64,000 bases of DNA, taken from contig OY762428.1 in the NCBI GenBank assembly GCA_963665665.1, positions 3,168,001-3,232,000 on the forward strand. The letters are read 5' to 3'. Under the pieces are notes generated by a model that made no database searches, was not told the DNA's origin, and saw only the letters and a list, made by a program, of their open reading frames with translations. Shown here piece after piece: positions 1 through 12,500 of this stretch (position 1 is its first letter; the number at the start of each line of letters is the position of its first letter). The stretch is from Candidatus Kapaibacterium sp. GTDB lineage: Bacteria > Bacteroidota > Ignavibacteria > Kapaibacteriales > UBA2268. Made by a program: the position numbers and the translations under genes.

Positions 1-128
1 CCGTCGAGCTTAAATTCAAGCCTTTGCAGGTTAGTTACGGCGTCGGCAATTTGTTTTAAGGTTTTGCAGCCGAAAAATACGGCAAAGGAAAGAAAGCTGA
101 TGATAACGATTAAACTGATTTTCTTCAT
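1..128 (-). CDS. Partial CDS (N-terminus only), probably an exported protein
   Basis: ATG at 128 reads MKKISLIVIISFLPLPYFSAAKPLKQ..., which is signal-peptide-like; the frame stays open to the window edge. Confidence 0.55.
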   Translation of the reverse strand, partial: MKKISLIVIISFLSFAVFFGCKTLKQIADAVTNLQRLEFKLD

Positions 129-207
129 GATAATAACCGGTAATGTTAAAAAACGAATTAGATTTAAAGAAGAATATCCTAAAAAAATATTATAAACCTT
201 CTAAATA

Positions 208-245
208 CAAAAAAATACAAGAACCCGTCTCGGGGTTCTTGTATT
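208..245 (-). terminator. Rho-independent terminator of the response regulator gene
   Basis: Inverted repeat aatacaagaaccc/gggttcttgtatt followed by a T-run on the minus strand, just past the stop at 264. Confidence 0.75.
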
Positions 246-263
246 AACATTTTTAGTCATTGA

Positions 264-746
264 TTATTCCAGGCCGGCTTCGCTTACCACCTCATCAACT
301 GATTTACCGGCATATTCGCCATTAAGAGCCTTTTCGAGTATTTCTCTCAGGGCTTTTGCTTTTTGGTTGCCAATATTTAATGTAGAAAGAAGTTTAACTT
401 TTGCAATCAATAATTTTTCCTCAATAGGTTTGCTCAGAAAATCATCAGCACCTGCTTCGATCGATTTTAATTGATTGGCCACATCATTAAGAGCTGTAAC
501 AATCACAACTGGTATATGCTGAGTTTCTTCATTACTTTTCAACCTTTTTACCGTTTCATAACCATCCAGACGCGGCATCATAACATCAAGCACAATGGCA
601 TCGGGATGCTTTTCGTCAACTTTTTCCAGGCATTCGATGCCGTCATAGGCTTCAACAGCATCATACCCGTTTGCTTCAAGGTATCTCCTGAGAAGCTTTG
701 TTGTTATCCTGTTGTCATCAACTACCAGTATATAGGGCTTTTTCAT
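264..746 (-). CDS. Single-domain response regulator (PleD-like receiver)
   Basis: ILVVDD, LDVMMP (phospho-Asp), VTA and FLSKP receiver motifs. Confidence 0.92.
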   Translation of the reverse strand: MKKPYILVVDDNRITTKLLRRYLEANGYDAVEAYDGIECLEKVDEKHPDAIVLDVMMPRLDGYETVKRLKSNEETQHIPVVIVTALNDVANQLKSIEAGADDFLSKPIEEKLLIAKVKLLSTLNIGNQKAKALREILEKALNGEYAGKSVDEVVSEAGLE

Positions 747-1600
747 AAAAAAATTCCTTTTGACATATTTTATTTATTTTTCAATTAATAGTTCTTCATT
801 ATGTTGAAATCGTAATATTTTCCAAAAAGAAGATAATAATAAATCACATTATTCACAAATTTATTATCAGAGTAACGGTTAAATAACAGAAATATTCTTG
901 TATTTACAAATTCATTTTAAATATATCGCCTTCAGATTAATGATTTTCTTAAAAAGAATCCAACATCCTGACGGAAGCAACCAGACAGCAAACGAATAAA
1001 AAAATTTTCTGCTAATTCCTGTGAATCCAATTTTCAATTGTCCAATAAATATATTACAATTTTCTGAACAAATAAAAAAACACTTTTTAAAAACTAAATA
1101 TTTTTATTTAATGGACAAATTCAGAGGGATGAAATAATAATTAATATTACCTGATCTAAATATTTTGTTTTTGAATATTTGTTTTTAGAAAAGCATAGCA
1201 AAATTGCTTTAAATTAAGGCTTTTGCTTAAAGCTGCTTTACCGGGCGGGGCCGTGATAAAGTTTACACGATTATTATTCTATTGATATAAAAAATTGCTG
1301 AAATATTATTTATGCCGGAAGTTATTTAATTTGGCTTTAAAAAACTCTTCGATAAAGAAATATAAAAACGAACACACTAAATATATGATATAATATGTGA
1401 TTACAAAATATTTGGTTTTGTGCGATATTTGACTTATTTTGAAACAATAAGCTGATTATTGACTTTTTGGGGGCTTATCCTATAAATCAAAAACAATTAA
1501 ATTGAAAATATTCAGATAACACGATCACATAACTTTCTCTGTTTAAGTTATTTAACAATAAACTATAACTATAGTTCCACAATTTTTTCAGGTAATCCAT

Positions 1601-2998
1601 ATGAGTACACGCATTGAAAAAGATTCGATGGGCGAAATTGAAGTTCCGTCCGATGTTTATTGGGGTGCGCAATCAGCGCGTTCATTAATTCATTTTGAAA
1701 TTGGTATCGAAAAAATGCCGCGTCCCGTTATCCGGGGAATGGGAATATTGAAGAAAGCCTGCGCCATGGCAAATAAGGAACTTGGTATGCTTCCCGCAGA
1801 AAAGGCCGACCTTATCATCAAAGCAGCCGATGAAGTTATTGAAGGCAAGCTTGATACTCATTTCCCGCTTTCAATATGGCAAACAGGCTCAGGAACCCAG
1901 TCCAATATGAACTCCAACGAGGTTATTGCCAACCGTGCTATTGAAATGGCCGGCGGAGTAATGGGAAGTAAAGAACCAATCCATCCCAATGACCATGTAA
2001 ACAAATCCCAGTCATCGAATGATACTTTCCCTACCGCTATGCATATTGCTGCTGCCGAGGAACTTGTTAATCACCTGCTGCCGAATGTAAAAGCTCTCAG
2101 GGATACTTTTAAAAAGAAATCAGATGAATTCAAAGATATTATCAAAGTTGGGCGTACACACCTGATGGATGCTGTTCCTCTTTCACTCGGGCAGGAATTC
2201 TCAGGCTACGTGCAGCAGCTTGATATGGCAATAAACAGGGTAGAACTTGTGCTTCCGGGTATTTATGAAATAGCACTCGGCGGAACTGCTGTGGGCACAG
2301 GCCTTAATGCGCACCCGGATTTTGCTGTAACAGCCGCTGCCAAGATATCCGAAATTACCGGCCTGAACTTTGTAAGCGCTCCGAATAAATTCGAAGCTCT
2401 CGCATCGCACGATGCACTGGTGTTTGCACACGGGGCAATGAAAACACTGGCAGCCTCGCTAATGAAAATTGCAAATGATGTTCGCTGGCTGGCTTCCGGC
2501 CCTCGTTGCGGATTCGGAGAGCTGTCAATTCCTGCAAACGAACCCGGATCGTCAATCATGCCCGGTAAAGTTAATCCCACTCAGTCTGAAGCTATGACAA
2601 TGGTTGCAGTTCAGGTAATGGGTAATGATGCTGCAATTAATTTTGGCGGAGCATCGGGGAACTTCGAATTGAATGTTTATAAACCGGTGATTATTTATAA
2701 TTTCCTTCAGAGTGTAAGGCTGCTTGGTGATACATGCCGTATGTTCAATATTCATTGTGCAGAAGGAATCGAGCCGCTTAAAGAGAAAATCCAGTACTTC
2801 CTGGAAAATACTCTTATGCTTGTAACCGCGCTAAACCCGCACATTGGTTATGATAATGCTGCAAAAATTGCCAAACATGCACATAAAAACGGTTCTACGC
2901 TTAAAGAAGCCGCGATTGAACTTGGTATCCTGACAGCGGAAGAGTTTGACCAGAAAGTTAAACCCTCGGAAATGTTAGGCCCAAAAGCAAAAAAATAG
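1601..2998 (+). CDS. fumC: Class II fumarate hydratase
   Basis: RIEKDSMGE start, [23 protein letters not shown] signature, 465 aa. Confidence 0.97.
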   Translation: MSTRIEKDSMGEIEVPSDVYWGAQSARSLIHFEIGIEKMPRPVIRGMGILKKACAMANKELGMLPAEKADLIIKAADEVIEGKLDTHFPLSIWQTGSGTQSNMNSNEVIANRAIEMAGGVMGSKEPIHPNDHVNKSQSSNDTFPTAMHIAAAEELVNHLLPNVKALRDTFKKKSDEFKDIIKVGRTHLMDAVPLSLGQEFSGYVQQLDMAINRVELVLPGIYEIALGGTAVGTGLNAHPDFAVTAAAKISEITGLNFVSAPNKFEALASHDALVFAHGAMKTLAASLMKIANDVRWLASGPRCGFGELSIPANEPGSSIMPGKVNPTQSEAMTMVAVQVMGNDAAINFGGASGNFELNVYKPVIIYNFLQSVRLLGDTCRMFNIHCAEGIEPLKEKIQYFLENTLMLVTALNPHIGYDNAAKIAKHAHKNGSTLKEAAIELGILTAEEFDQKVKPSEMLGPKAKK

Positions 2999-3021
2999 AT
3001 TATTAATAATTTATTTCCATT

Positions 3022-3055
3022 ATATCCCCTCCATTACGGAGGGGATATTTTATTA
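3022..3055 (+). terminator. Terminator after fumC
   Basis: atatcccctcc-attac-ggaggggatat hairpin plus T-rich tail. Confidence 0.75.
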
Positions 3056-3180
3056 TGTTTATGCGCTTAAGATATCCTTACTTGATAACAACAAACCAAA
3101 AATTAGAAGAACAACAGCGCTAAATATTATATCGTAATTATCTCAACTTTTACCACATCAATATATTTGGTCTATAAAAT

Positions 3181-3280
3181 ATTATCATGTCTGACCTCCC
3201 CAAACCCCTCCGAAGGAGGGGCTTACTGCTATTATCATGTCTGACCTACCCAAACCCCTCCGAAGGAGGGGCTTACTGCA
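3181..3280. repeat. Tandem 2 x 50 bp repeat containing a REP-like hairpin
   Basis: attatcatgtctgacct(c/a)cccaaacccctccgaaggaggggcttactgc at 3181 and 3231; internal cccctcc-gaa-ggagggg stem. Confidence 0.9.
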
Positions 3281-3619
3281 AGACCTTAGTATGGGATAGG
3301 TCTGAAAGTGAATTGGAATAAACAAAAAACCTGACTTTAAAAAAATTACGTTGATACCGGATAATATCTGAACTTTTTATAGACATTGTCTGAAATAAAT
3401 TATAACAACTTGTATATTAGCAATTTGTTACAAATAATTGTTTTTGAATATGTTCAAGGCTATATTAAATTTATTACAATATAAAATAACATTTAAAATC
3501 TGATCTAATATCAGTTTAGTTAAAGGAATAATTACTGAGATTTCAACTTTTCTTCTTATATTATAATTCTTTAAAATATAGAAATTATATTGATTTGTTT
3601 GAAATATTGCAGGTATAAG

Positions 3620-5296
3620 ATGAAAAACGTTAAATTTTTAATTATCACTCTATTAGCATCTTTTGTTCTTTTCTCTTGCGGCAAAGGAGAAGATAAACCG
3701 GCGGAGGACACTAAAATGAACGAACAGACAGAATTACTAAAAGAAAGAGTCGGAATTTATGCCCCGACCAAAATATCAGCTGATATATCATATTTAACTG
3801 ACAATCAGAAGAAGGTTATTGATCTGCTTGTAAAAGCAGCCAAGCTTGCTGATGAAGTATTCTGGAAACAGACAGGTATTGATGCTATTCCGCTAAGGGA
3901 TTCTCTTGCTGCATTGGACACAGAGAATGCTAAAGTTGCTCTTGAGTTCGTAAAGATAAACTATGGCCCTTACGATCTTCTTGAAGAAGGGAAGAGAATG
4001 CTTGGTAACGGCCCGGAGAAAAAACCGGCAGTAGCGAACTTCTATCCGCAGGATATGACAAAAACTGAATTCGAAAACTACGTTGTTGAACATCCGGAAC
4101 AAAAAGATGCTCTGGAAAGCTACTATACCATCGTCCGCCGTGACGGAGAAAAATTGAAAGCTATTCCTTATCATCAGGCTTATCCGGAACAAATGCAGAT
4201 AGCTGAACTTCTGGACGAAGCATCAGAGTTCGCAGAAAATCCTACATTGAAAAATTATCTTGTTGAAAAAGCAATTAGCCTGCGCCATGATACTTATTTT
4301 GCAAGCGATATGGCCTGGATGGAAATTGCCGACAATGATATTGATGTGATTATAGGCCCGACCGAAAATTACGAAGATGCACTTTTCAACTATAAAACTG
4401 CTTATGAAGCTGTAGTATTTGTTCGCGACAGGGAAGCATCGAAAGAATTGCAGATGTTCAAAGGCCATATTGATGAATTTGAAAAACGCCTGCCTTCCGA
4501 AAAGAAATATATTCGTGAATCAGTTGGCGGTGGAAATCACATACTGAATATTGTAAATGTATTATATTTTGCCGGTGATTGCCAGGCCGGATCAAAAACA
4601 ATCGCCTGCAACCTGCCAAACGATCCTGAAGTCAGGAAAGTAAAAGGCGGCAAGAACACTATGTACAAGAATATGATGGAAGCAAAATTTGATAAAATCG
4701 TTATTCCTATCGGCCAGGAAATTCTTGCACCGGAAATTGCAGGTAATGTTGATAAAAAAGCTTTTATGAGCTTTGTTACATTGCATGAGATTTCCCATAC
4801 GCTTGGTCGCGATTATGTTTATGGAAACGATGAATTATCAGTAAGAAAAGCTTTAATGGAAAGATATTCGGCAATTGAAGAATGCAAGGCGGATATCGTT
4901 TCGATGTGCAATCACAAAAACCTGATTGATATGGGTGTATGGACGGAAGAATATGGCAAAAAAGCCATGGCTACGTATATTGCCGGCCTTTACCGCTCGC
5001 TTCGTTTCGGAGCTGAAGAAGCTCATGGCAAAGCAAATATTATTCAGCTTAACTTCCTGCGTGATAAAGGAGCTATCACTGTTGATGAGAACGGTAAATT
5101 TAACGTGAACGAAGAAATTTTCTTCGACAAATGCCGTGAACTGGCTAAACTTGTTCTTGAAATTGAAGCCAGAGGTGATTACGAAGCTGCCGGTAAAGTT
5201 CTTGCAGAATACGGGCAGATCAATGACGAGATAAAATCAAACATTGATAAGCTGAAAGGTATTCCGAGGGATTTAAACACAACTTATGAATATTGA
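3620..5296 (+). CDS. Lipoprotein, M49 / dipeptidyl-peptidase III family zinc peptidase
   Basis: Lipobox VLFSC; HEISH zinc motif; downstream EECKAD motif; NLPND motif. Start moved to ATG 3620. Confidence 0.85.
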   Translation: MKNVKFLIITLLASFVLFSCGKGEDKPAEDTKMNEQTELLKERVGIYAPTKISADISYLTDNQKKVIDLLVKAAKLADEVFWKQTGIDAIPLRDSLAALDTENAKVALEFVKINYGPYDLLEEGKRMLGNGPEKKPAVANFYPQDMTKTEFENYVVEHPEQKDALESYYTIVRRDGEKLKAIPYHQAYPEQMQIAELLDEASEFAENPTLKNYLVEKAISLRHDTYFASDMAWMEIADNDIDVIIGPTENYEDALFNYKTAYEAVVFVRDREASKELQMFKGHIDEFEKRLPSEKKYIRESVGGGNHILNIVNVLYFAGDCQAGSKTIACNLPNDPEVRKVKGGKNTMYKNMMEAKFDKIVIPIGQEILAPEIAGNVDKKAFMSFVTLHEISHTLGRDYVYGNDELSVRKALMERYSAIEECKADIVSMCNHKNLIDMGVWTEEYGKKAMATYIAGLYRSLRFGAEEAHGKANIIQLNFLRDKGAITVDENGKFNVNEEIFFDKCRELAKLVLEIEARGDYEAAGKVLAEYGQINDEIKSNIDKLKGIPRDLNTTYEY

Positions 5297-5389
5297 AATT
5301 ACAATGACAAAAACATTTAAATTATTTATTTTGATTTGTTGCCAACAGGCAACATTGAAGTATGAGGTAAAAAATAATAAGGAGAAACG

Positions 5390-6463
5390 ATGTCTCAGTT
5401 TAAAATAACAAAAGCGACCGATACGCGGATAAATGATATTGATTACAATAATCTCGGCTTTGGAAAATATTTTTCCGATCACATGTTCGTTACAAAATTC
5501 TCGGATGGTAAATGGGATGAAGGTGAAATAAAGCCCTACGGTAAGATTGAAATAGAACCGGCAATGTGCACTTTGCATTATGGCCAGGCTTTGTTCGAAG
5601 GGCTTAAAGCATTCAGATCTGCAAAAGGAGGGGTTAATCTTTTCCGGCCCGAGAAAAATGGCGAAAGAATGAACAATTCCGCTGAAAGGATTTGCATTCC
5701 AACCTATGATATTGATACAATGATCGATGCAATATCCGAACTCGTAAAAATCGATATCAATTTCATCCCAAAGGAACGGGGCCATTCACTGTACATACGT
5801 CCTGTTATGTTTGGTGACGGCAATTTTCTTGGTGTTCATGCCAGTGACACTTACCAATTGATAATTATGACCGGCCCGGTATCTTCCTATTATCCGGAAG
5901 GTATTAAGCCGGTGAAAATCATGGTTTGCGATGAATATGTACGCGCAGCAAAAGGCGGAACCGGGTATGCAAAAGTTGCCGGAAATTATGCAGCTTCTCT
6001 GCTTGCCGGCAAAAAAGCCCAGGCTGCGGGATTTTCTCAGGTACTTTGGCTTGATGCTATTCACAGGGAGTATGTGGATGAAGTCGGCGCCATGAACATA
6101 ATGTTCGTTATTGGAGATGAACTTATTACTCCGACACTTGAAAACGGAACAATACTTCCCGGCGTTACAAGGAATTCGGTGCTTACACTTGCAAAAGAGT
6201 GGGGTATGAAGGTAAGCGAAAGGCCTTTGAGCATTAACGAAATTACCTCAGCTTCTTCTGACGGCACTCTGAAGGAATGCTTCGGAACAGGAACTGCTGC
6301 CGTGATTTCTCCTGTTGGGCTGCTGAATTACAAAGGCGAAGAGATAATTGTTAATAATCAGGAAATTGGCCCGGTAGCACAAAAACTTTACGATACGCTT
6401 ACCGGCGTTCAGTATGGCGAAATTGAAGATACCCGAGGCTGGATAACTCATATTGACGTATAA
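5390..6463 (+). CDS. ilvE: Branched-chain amino acid aminotransferase
   Basis: LGFGKYFSDHM, LHYGQALFEGLKA, AKVAGNYA (PLP Lys), ILPGVTR, GTGTAAVISP. Confidence 0.96.
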   Translation: MSQFKITKATDTRINDIDYNNLGFGKYFSDHMFVTKFSDGKWDEGEIKPYGKIEIEPAMCTLHYGQALFEGLKAFRSAKGGVNLFRPEKNGERMNNSAERICIPTYDIDTMIDAISELVKIDINFIPKERGHSLYIRPVMFGDGNFLGVHASDTYQLIIMTGPVSSYYPEGIKPVKIMVCDEYVRAAKGGTGYAKVAGNYAASLLAGKKAQAAGFSQVLWLDAIHREYVDEVGAMNIMFVIGDELITPTLENGTILPGVTRNSVLTLAKEWGMKVSERPLSINEITSASSDGTLKECFGTGTAAVISPVGLLNYKGEEIIVNNQEIGPVAQKLYDTLTGVQYGEIEDTRGWITHIDV

Positions 6464-6488
6464 TTCCAGTTTATTTTTTATTTTTAAT

Positions 6489-6518
6489 AAGCCGGGTTTT
6501 AAAATCCGGCTTTTTTTT
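6489..6518 (+). terminator. Terminator after ilvE
   Basis: aagccggg...tccggctt hairpin followed by a long T-run. Confidence 0.75.
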
Positions 6519-6580
6519 ATTTTTTTTAAATATTTTTTTTTATATTCTTTAAAAGTAACCATCAACCTCACGGGTTAATT

Positions 6581-9508
6581 ATGACTCCTGAAGAGAATAA
6601 AATAAAAAAATTGGAAACCGAAATAGAACAATTGAAACAGGAAATAGAAAGCCTGAGAACTACACGATTTCCGGATAAGATTAATTCCGTTTCCGAATTA
6701 TTGAAATTTATATATGATTCAGCTCAGTTTGGTATCGGTATTGCTGATCCTGATATGAACATAATCTATTTGAACAACTACTTTCTTGATTTGCTTGGCT
6801 ATAAGATGGATGAGCTTATAGGAAAGAATGTATCAACATTTCACGATTCTGAAACACTTGCCTTTATGAATAAGTCCAGGGAGGAAATGGCCGATTCCGG
6901 CAAGAGTTTTGCCCGGCAGGTTCCACATTTGAAAAAGAATGGTGAAATAGTTCAGATGCTTTTAAAACCGGTTATTTTTAAAAATAACGAGGGAGAAATA
7001 ATTTATTATGCTACAACTGCTCTGGACCTGACAGAATTACTGGAACTAAATAACCAGCTTGAGGAAAGAGAAATTCATTTCAGGTCTATTTTTGAGAATT
7101 CAAATTTTGCCATTGCTTTTACTGATAATAATTTGAAAATCCAATTTGTAAATGATGCATTTATCAGCTTGTTTGGCTATACTATCGAAGAAATGAAAAA
7201 AATCGGTATTAAAGGAATTTCTCACCCGGATGACTTTGAAGAAGACATTAAATTTTTGCGAAAGATCCGAAGTGAGGAATCCAGTAAATATTCTTTGGAA
7301 AAAAGGTATATAAGGAAAAACGGAGAAGTGTTCTGGGGGAAAATTACCGTTTCGTTAGTAAGGGACAAAGAAGGCAGAATGAGTAATATCCTTGGAATTA
7401 TTGAAGATATCGGGGAAAGGAAGAGAAAAGAAAAATATATTCATAGCCTTAACGACCGCCTGCTAATGGCTTTGAGCCTTAGTAATATGATTATTTGGGA
7501 GATTGATTTGATACGTGGAAAGGTATCGCAATATCTTTCATCAAATAATCAGATAAATGATAATTTTCATCTTAATTCCAGTGTTAAATCTTTGCTGCGC
7601 GGTATCCACGAGGAAGATAAAAATAAAGTTTACGACAGTATAAGACTAATAATTGATAAACATCAAATATTAAACGAAGAATACAGGTTTACATTTCCAA
7701 CCGGCGAAACGCACTGGCTGCAATCTTTTGCACGGCCTGTTGAAATACAGGAGGGTGTTGTTTCAAGAATTCTCGGGGCATCCTGGATTATTACCGACAG
7801 GAAGGAAACGGAGCTTTTCCTGCAAATGAGCCAGGAAAAATATAGTAGTATTGTTGAAAATTCAAGGGATTGTATAGTCAGGTTCGATCGGGATAGGAGA
7901 CATATTTTTGCGAACCATTCAGCACTTGAAAATCTGGATCTGAAATTAGAAAATATTTTGGGGCAGAGAATTGATTCAGCAGGATTTTCTGAAAAAACAG
8001 TTGATCTGATGAATAACAAAATTGATGAGTTATTTACAACGAGAGAATCCCAGCAACTTATTTTTGAATGTGACCTGAATGACTGCCGAAAAGTATTCGA
8101 CTGGAGGATACATCCTGAATATGATGAAAACAAGGAAATAAAATCTATTCTTGCTGTTTCAAGAGACATTACAAAGCAAAAGGAATATGAAAATAACCTA
8201 AAGGAATCCAGAGAAAACGAAGCTTTGATGCATTCTATTGTTTCAGAATTTTTGATGCATTCCGACGAAAAGGTTTATGATGCTGTACAAGATATCCTGT
8301 TGGAAAAATTTGATTGTAAATACGGGTTGTTCGGATTTATTGATGATGACGGGAACCTTGTTCTACCAACACTGTCTACTGAAATATGGGATGTTTGCCG
8401 GGTAGAGGATAAAAAGATAACTTTTGAACCCAAACAGTGGGGAGGGCTTTGGGGCAGATCGCTGAATGAAAAAAAAGTGCTGGTTCAAAATTCCGGCTTG
8501 AAAGTACCAATAGGCCATATCAGGCTTAAAAATGCAATTTCAGTACCGATTATATTCAAAGACGATGTTATTGGTTTGTTGCTATTAGCAGATAAATATT
8601 GTGATTTTGATGATACTGATGTTCTTAGAATGAAAGAAATTGCTGAATATATTGCTCCTGTGCTGTCGGCCAGGCTGGATACTGAAACTCTTAGCCGGCA
8701 GCGGGATCTGGCTGAACAGGAAATTCAGAAAATGAATGTGGAGCTGGAACAGAAGGTCATTAACCGGACTATCGAGCTTAAAGAAACTAACCAGAGGCTT
8801 GAATTTGCCCTGGAAAAAGAGAAAAACCTGAATTCTATGAAAAGCCAGTTTATAAATATGGTATCGCACGAATACAGAACCCCGCTAACAGTTATCATGT
8901 CGTCTGCTCATCTTATTGACAAATTTATAGAGAATGATAAAATTGATAAGATTGGCAATCATACATTAAAAATAAAAAGATCTGTTGATAATATGATAAG
9001 CCTGATTGAAGATGTGGTTAACGTTGGCAAATCCACAGACAAGAAATTAAAAACAAATTTAATCGATATCAATATACTTGCAGAGTTAGAAGATTTAATT
9101 AATGAGTTAAAAAGTGCAAATCATAAGAATCATAACTTTATCATTGATGCTGAAGATATCAAATTCAGAACCGATCGCAAACTTTTTAAATTAATTTGTT
9201 ATAATATTATTTCAAATTCAATAAAGTATTCTCCTGAAAAAACTACTATAGAATTGAAAGCTATATGCGATTCAGAAGGCCTGGTAATTACTTTTATTGA
9301 TCAGGGTATTGGATTTACGGACGAGGATATGAAAAATCTTTATGAACCTTTTTACAGAAATAAAAACCACATCGGCACAATACCCGGAACCGGGCTTGGT
9401 ATGACTATCATCCAGCAATCTGTAGAAGCCCTGAACGGTAATTTTGCCATCAACAGTGCTCCCGGGCAGGGTACTAAAATTTTGCTTATGCTTCCGGCTG
9501 TGAAGTAG
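6581..9508 (+). CDS. Cytoplasmic multi-PAS/GAF sensor histidine kinase
   Basis: About four PAS/PAC units, a GAF domain, H-box SHEYRTPL, N-box NSIKYS, DQGIG, GTGLG. Confidence 0.93.
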   Translation: MTPEENKIKKLETEIEQLKQEIESLRTTRFPDKINSVSELLKFIYDSAQFGIGIADPDMNIIYLNNYFLDLLGYKMDELIGKNVSTFHDSETLAFMNKSREEMADSGKSFARQVPHLKKNGEIVQMLLKPVIFKNNEGEIIYYATTALDLTELLELNNQLEEREIHFRSIFENSNFAIAFTDNNLKIQFVNDAFISLFGYTIEEMKKIGIKGISHPDDFEEDIKFLRKIRSEESSKYSLEKRYIRKNGEVFWGKITVSLVRDKEGRMSNILGIIEDIGERKRKEKYIHSLNDRLLMALSLSNMIIWEIDLIRGKVSQYLSSNNQINDNFHLNSSVKSLLRGIHEEDKNKVYDSIRLIIDKHQILNEEYRFTFPTGETHWLQSFARPVEIQEGVVSRILGASWIITDRKETELFLQMSQEKYSSIVENSRDCIVRFDRDRRHIFANHSALENLDLKLENILGQRIDSAGFSEKTVDLMNNKIDELFTTRESQQLIFECDLNDCRKVFDWRIHPEYDENKEIKSILAVSRDITKQKEYENNLKESRENEALMHSIVSEFLMHSDEKVYDAVQDILLEKFDCKYGLFGFIDDDGNLVLPTLSTEIWDVCRVEDKKITFEPKQWGGLWGRSLNEKKVLVQNSGLKVPIGHIRLKNAISVPIIFKDDVIGLLLLADKYCDFDDTDVLRMKEIAEYIAPVLSARLDTETLSRQRDLAEQEIQKMNVELEQKVINRTIELKETNQRLEFALEKEKNLNSMKSQFINMVSHEYRTPLTVIMSSAHLIDKFIENDKIDKIGNHTLKIKRSVDNMISLIEDVVNVGKSTDKKLKTNLIDINILAELEDLINELKSANHKNHNFIIDAEDIKFRTDRKLFKLICYNIISNSIKYSPEKTTIELKAICDSEGLVITFIDQGIGFTDEDMKNLYEPFYRNKNHIGTIPGTGLGMTIIQQSVEALNGNFAINSAPGQGTKILLMLPAVK

Positions 9509-9597
9509 GTATTATCTAAATGTAACTTTTCAGGCTATAAAATGTTGGAATAACAAATTGGGAATTGTTTTTTAAATAAATTTTAAGCGGAATAAAT

Positions 9598-12500
9598 ATG
9601 AAAACAAATTTAAGAATTTTATTTTTTACAGTAATTTTTAGTACTTTTTTATCATCTTATAGCAGTGATAAGGTATATTCACAAGAATTTTGGAGCAAAT
9701 CAATGGCTCCTGCCCCAAAACATGTTACATCCTTGCAGGTTGACAGCGAGGATGTGCTTTATGCTTCTACCTGGGGCGGGGGAATGTTCCGCTCGCTTAA
9801 TGACGGTGAAAGTTTTACTGAATTGAACAACGGGCTGGATAATCTTTTTATAAATGATATTTTTGTTGACAGTGACGATAATGTTTGGGTAGGTAGCGAA
9901 GGCGGCGGAGTTTACAAACTTCCTGAAGGTACGTTGGACTGGGAGCAGATGGATGAAGGGCTTCGGCATAAAAAGGTCAGGGCAGTTACGGTAAATTCCG
10001 ACGGACTGGTATTTGCAGGTACTTATGGCGGCGGAGTTTATGTATGGAACTCAGTTGATTCAAAATGGGAAGAATGGAATATTGGCCTTCATTACATGAA
10101 TATCAGCGAACTGTTTATTGCAGATAATGGCGATGTAGTTGCAGGTACTTACGGTGGTGGCTGCTATATTTCGGAAGATGACGGTATAAACTGGGCCAAA
10201 GCGAATTCCGGGTTGGGGAATTTATATATTAACCAGATAATTATGAATTCTTCGGGGGTGTTGTTCGCTGCAACAAATGGCAGGGGAATTGCCACATCTG
10301 TAAATAACGGGCTTTTCTGGACTGAAACAGATACTGTTATGACAGACCTTAGTATTACATGTTTGGCTCTTAACGAAAGCAACGACCTGGTTGCCGGTTC
10401 CCGCACTGACGGGGTTTATTGGTTTGACGGCAGATCCTATATGGAATGGCTGCAATCGTCAATAATCAGGGGCGGAGTTACGGCCATGACTGTCAATTCC
10501 GACGGAGTGCTGTTCTGCACAAGGTCAAACTATGGCCTGTATATTAGTTCGGATAAGGGCAAAACCTGGGATTGGACAGAGTTGTTTTATGATGATGGCG
10601 GCTATGTTGCTTCATCGGACGATACAAGGAAGAGTAAAGTTTTTGCACATAGAAAATATGATAAAACGTGGGTGACTTTTGATAACGGGAATAGCTGGCA
10701 GGGAACAACTTTACCTGATTCAAATATAATTGATTATGCAATCGACGAAAATGGATATGTTTATGCTGCCACAGAATTTTCAGGGCTTTACAAAACCGAG
10801 GACAACGGACAGACCTGGAATTATCTTGAATATAACCAGAAAAGACTCAGCAGTGTGGCTGTAAACAGGGATGACGAGGTTTTTGTTTCAGGCTTATACA
10901 TGACCGCAGGCTCCCAGCCCGAACAAAGAACATTTATTGACAGGTCAACAGATAATGGAAGCACGTGGGAAAAAATCGATCAGCTTAATAACGAAGAAGA
11001 GGCAGTTGATATTCATATAAAACCGGGGGGAGATATTTACTATGGAAGAAAACGAGGCGGAGTTGACAAATCAACAGATAATGGAACAACATGGACTACT
11101 CTTTCCGATATTAATTCAACCGGCTTGATCAATGCTTTCAAGATGAACAAAAAAGGATATATTTTTACCGGTAATTATGATTACCTGCATTGGAGTACTG
11201 ATGATGCAGCTAATTGGGAAATGAGCAATCTTGGAATGAGTACTCCTGAAATATCAGACATCTGCTTTAATACTTCCGACGAGATGTTCCTGATATGTGA
11301 TTATGATGGCGGTATTTACCATATTGAAAATTCATCTATGGAATGGGATTCATCAAATGCAAGTATCTATTACGACAAGCTGAACAGCCTGGGAACAAAT
11401 TCCGAAGGATATACTTTCCTTTGTTCAGATGTTATCTACCGTTCTATTGATCCGGCAAAACTTGAAGTGCCGCAATTATTATCTCCGGCATCCAACACCA
11501 CAGGTATCCACATTGAAAACCTCCGGCTTGACTGGAATGCCGCTGATAATGCTGACCTATACGAATTCCAGGTATCAACAAACGATGATTTTACTTTCCG
11601 GATAGAGTATGTTGTTCAGGCGGATACTTTCAGAATACTGAACAGAACACTGGATAATAACACGGAATATTACTGGCGTGTAAGGTCAAAATTCAACAGC
11701 GCATACAGTGATTGGTCGGAAGTAAGAACTTTCCGGACAGAAATTGCTGCTCCTGAATTAATCTTCCCTGAAAATAATGCTACGGGAATAGCACAGGCTA
11801 TCGAGCTTCTTTGGCATTGGCCGGACGGAGCTGAAACCTTTACGTTGAAAGTCAGCCCCAACAGCGACATGAGTGAAGAGATCATATTTGAAGAAGGTAT
11901 TGAGGACAGCACTAAGATGATCAGTGGCCTGCAACCATATAAAAATTATTACTGGATGGTTAAAGCTTTCGACGAAGTAAGCGAAAGCCCATGGTCGGCA
12001 ACATGGACATTCCGCACAGTTGTAGCTCCTCCCGTGCTCCGTAGCCCGGCTGATGATACATTGAACCTGAACCGGTCTGTTACAATGGAATGGTTTGAAT
12101 CAACCGGCGCTGACAGATATATTATTCAGGTAGCGAGGGACAGCCTGTTTGAAAGTATGGTATATAATGGAAATAGTTCGGAACTACTGTCGCATAATAT
12201 TGATATTCTTGAGTTTAATGCTGTTTACTATTGGAAAGTCCAGGCCGGGGATAAAGATGCTTACGGGCTATTTTCAGATACCTGGAAATACACAACAGCT
12301 TATGCTCCTGTTGTGCTTACCGGGCCAGATAATGATATTATTAATACTGATACAAGCCTTGTCCTTACATGGCAGTATGAAATTGATGACTTAAAATATC
12401 ATTTGCAAATTGCCAAGGATGCGGGATTCAACGATATGATCCTTGATGATACTCTCGAAACCATGTATTCTTATAATCTGAACGACCTGGAATATTATCA

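Noticed and set aside
3181-3280. Possible CRISPR array
   Set aside because: Only two adjacent units, no unique spacers, no cas genes
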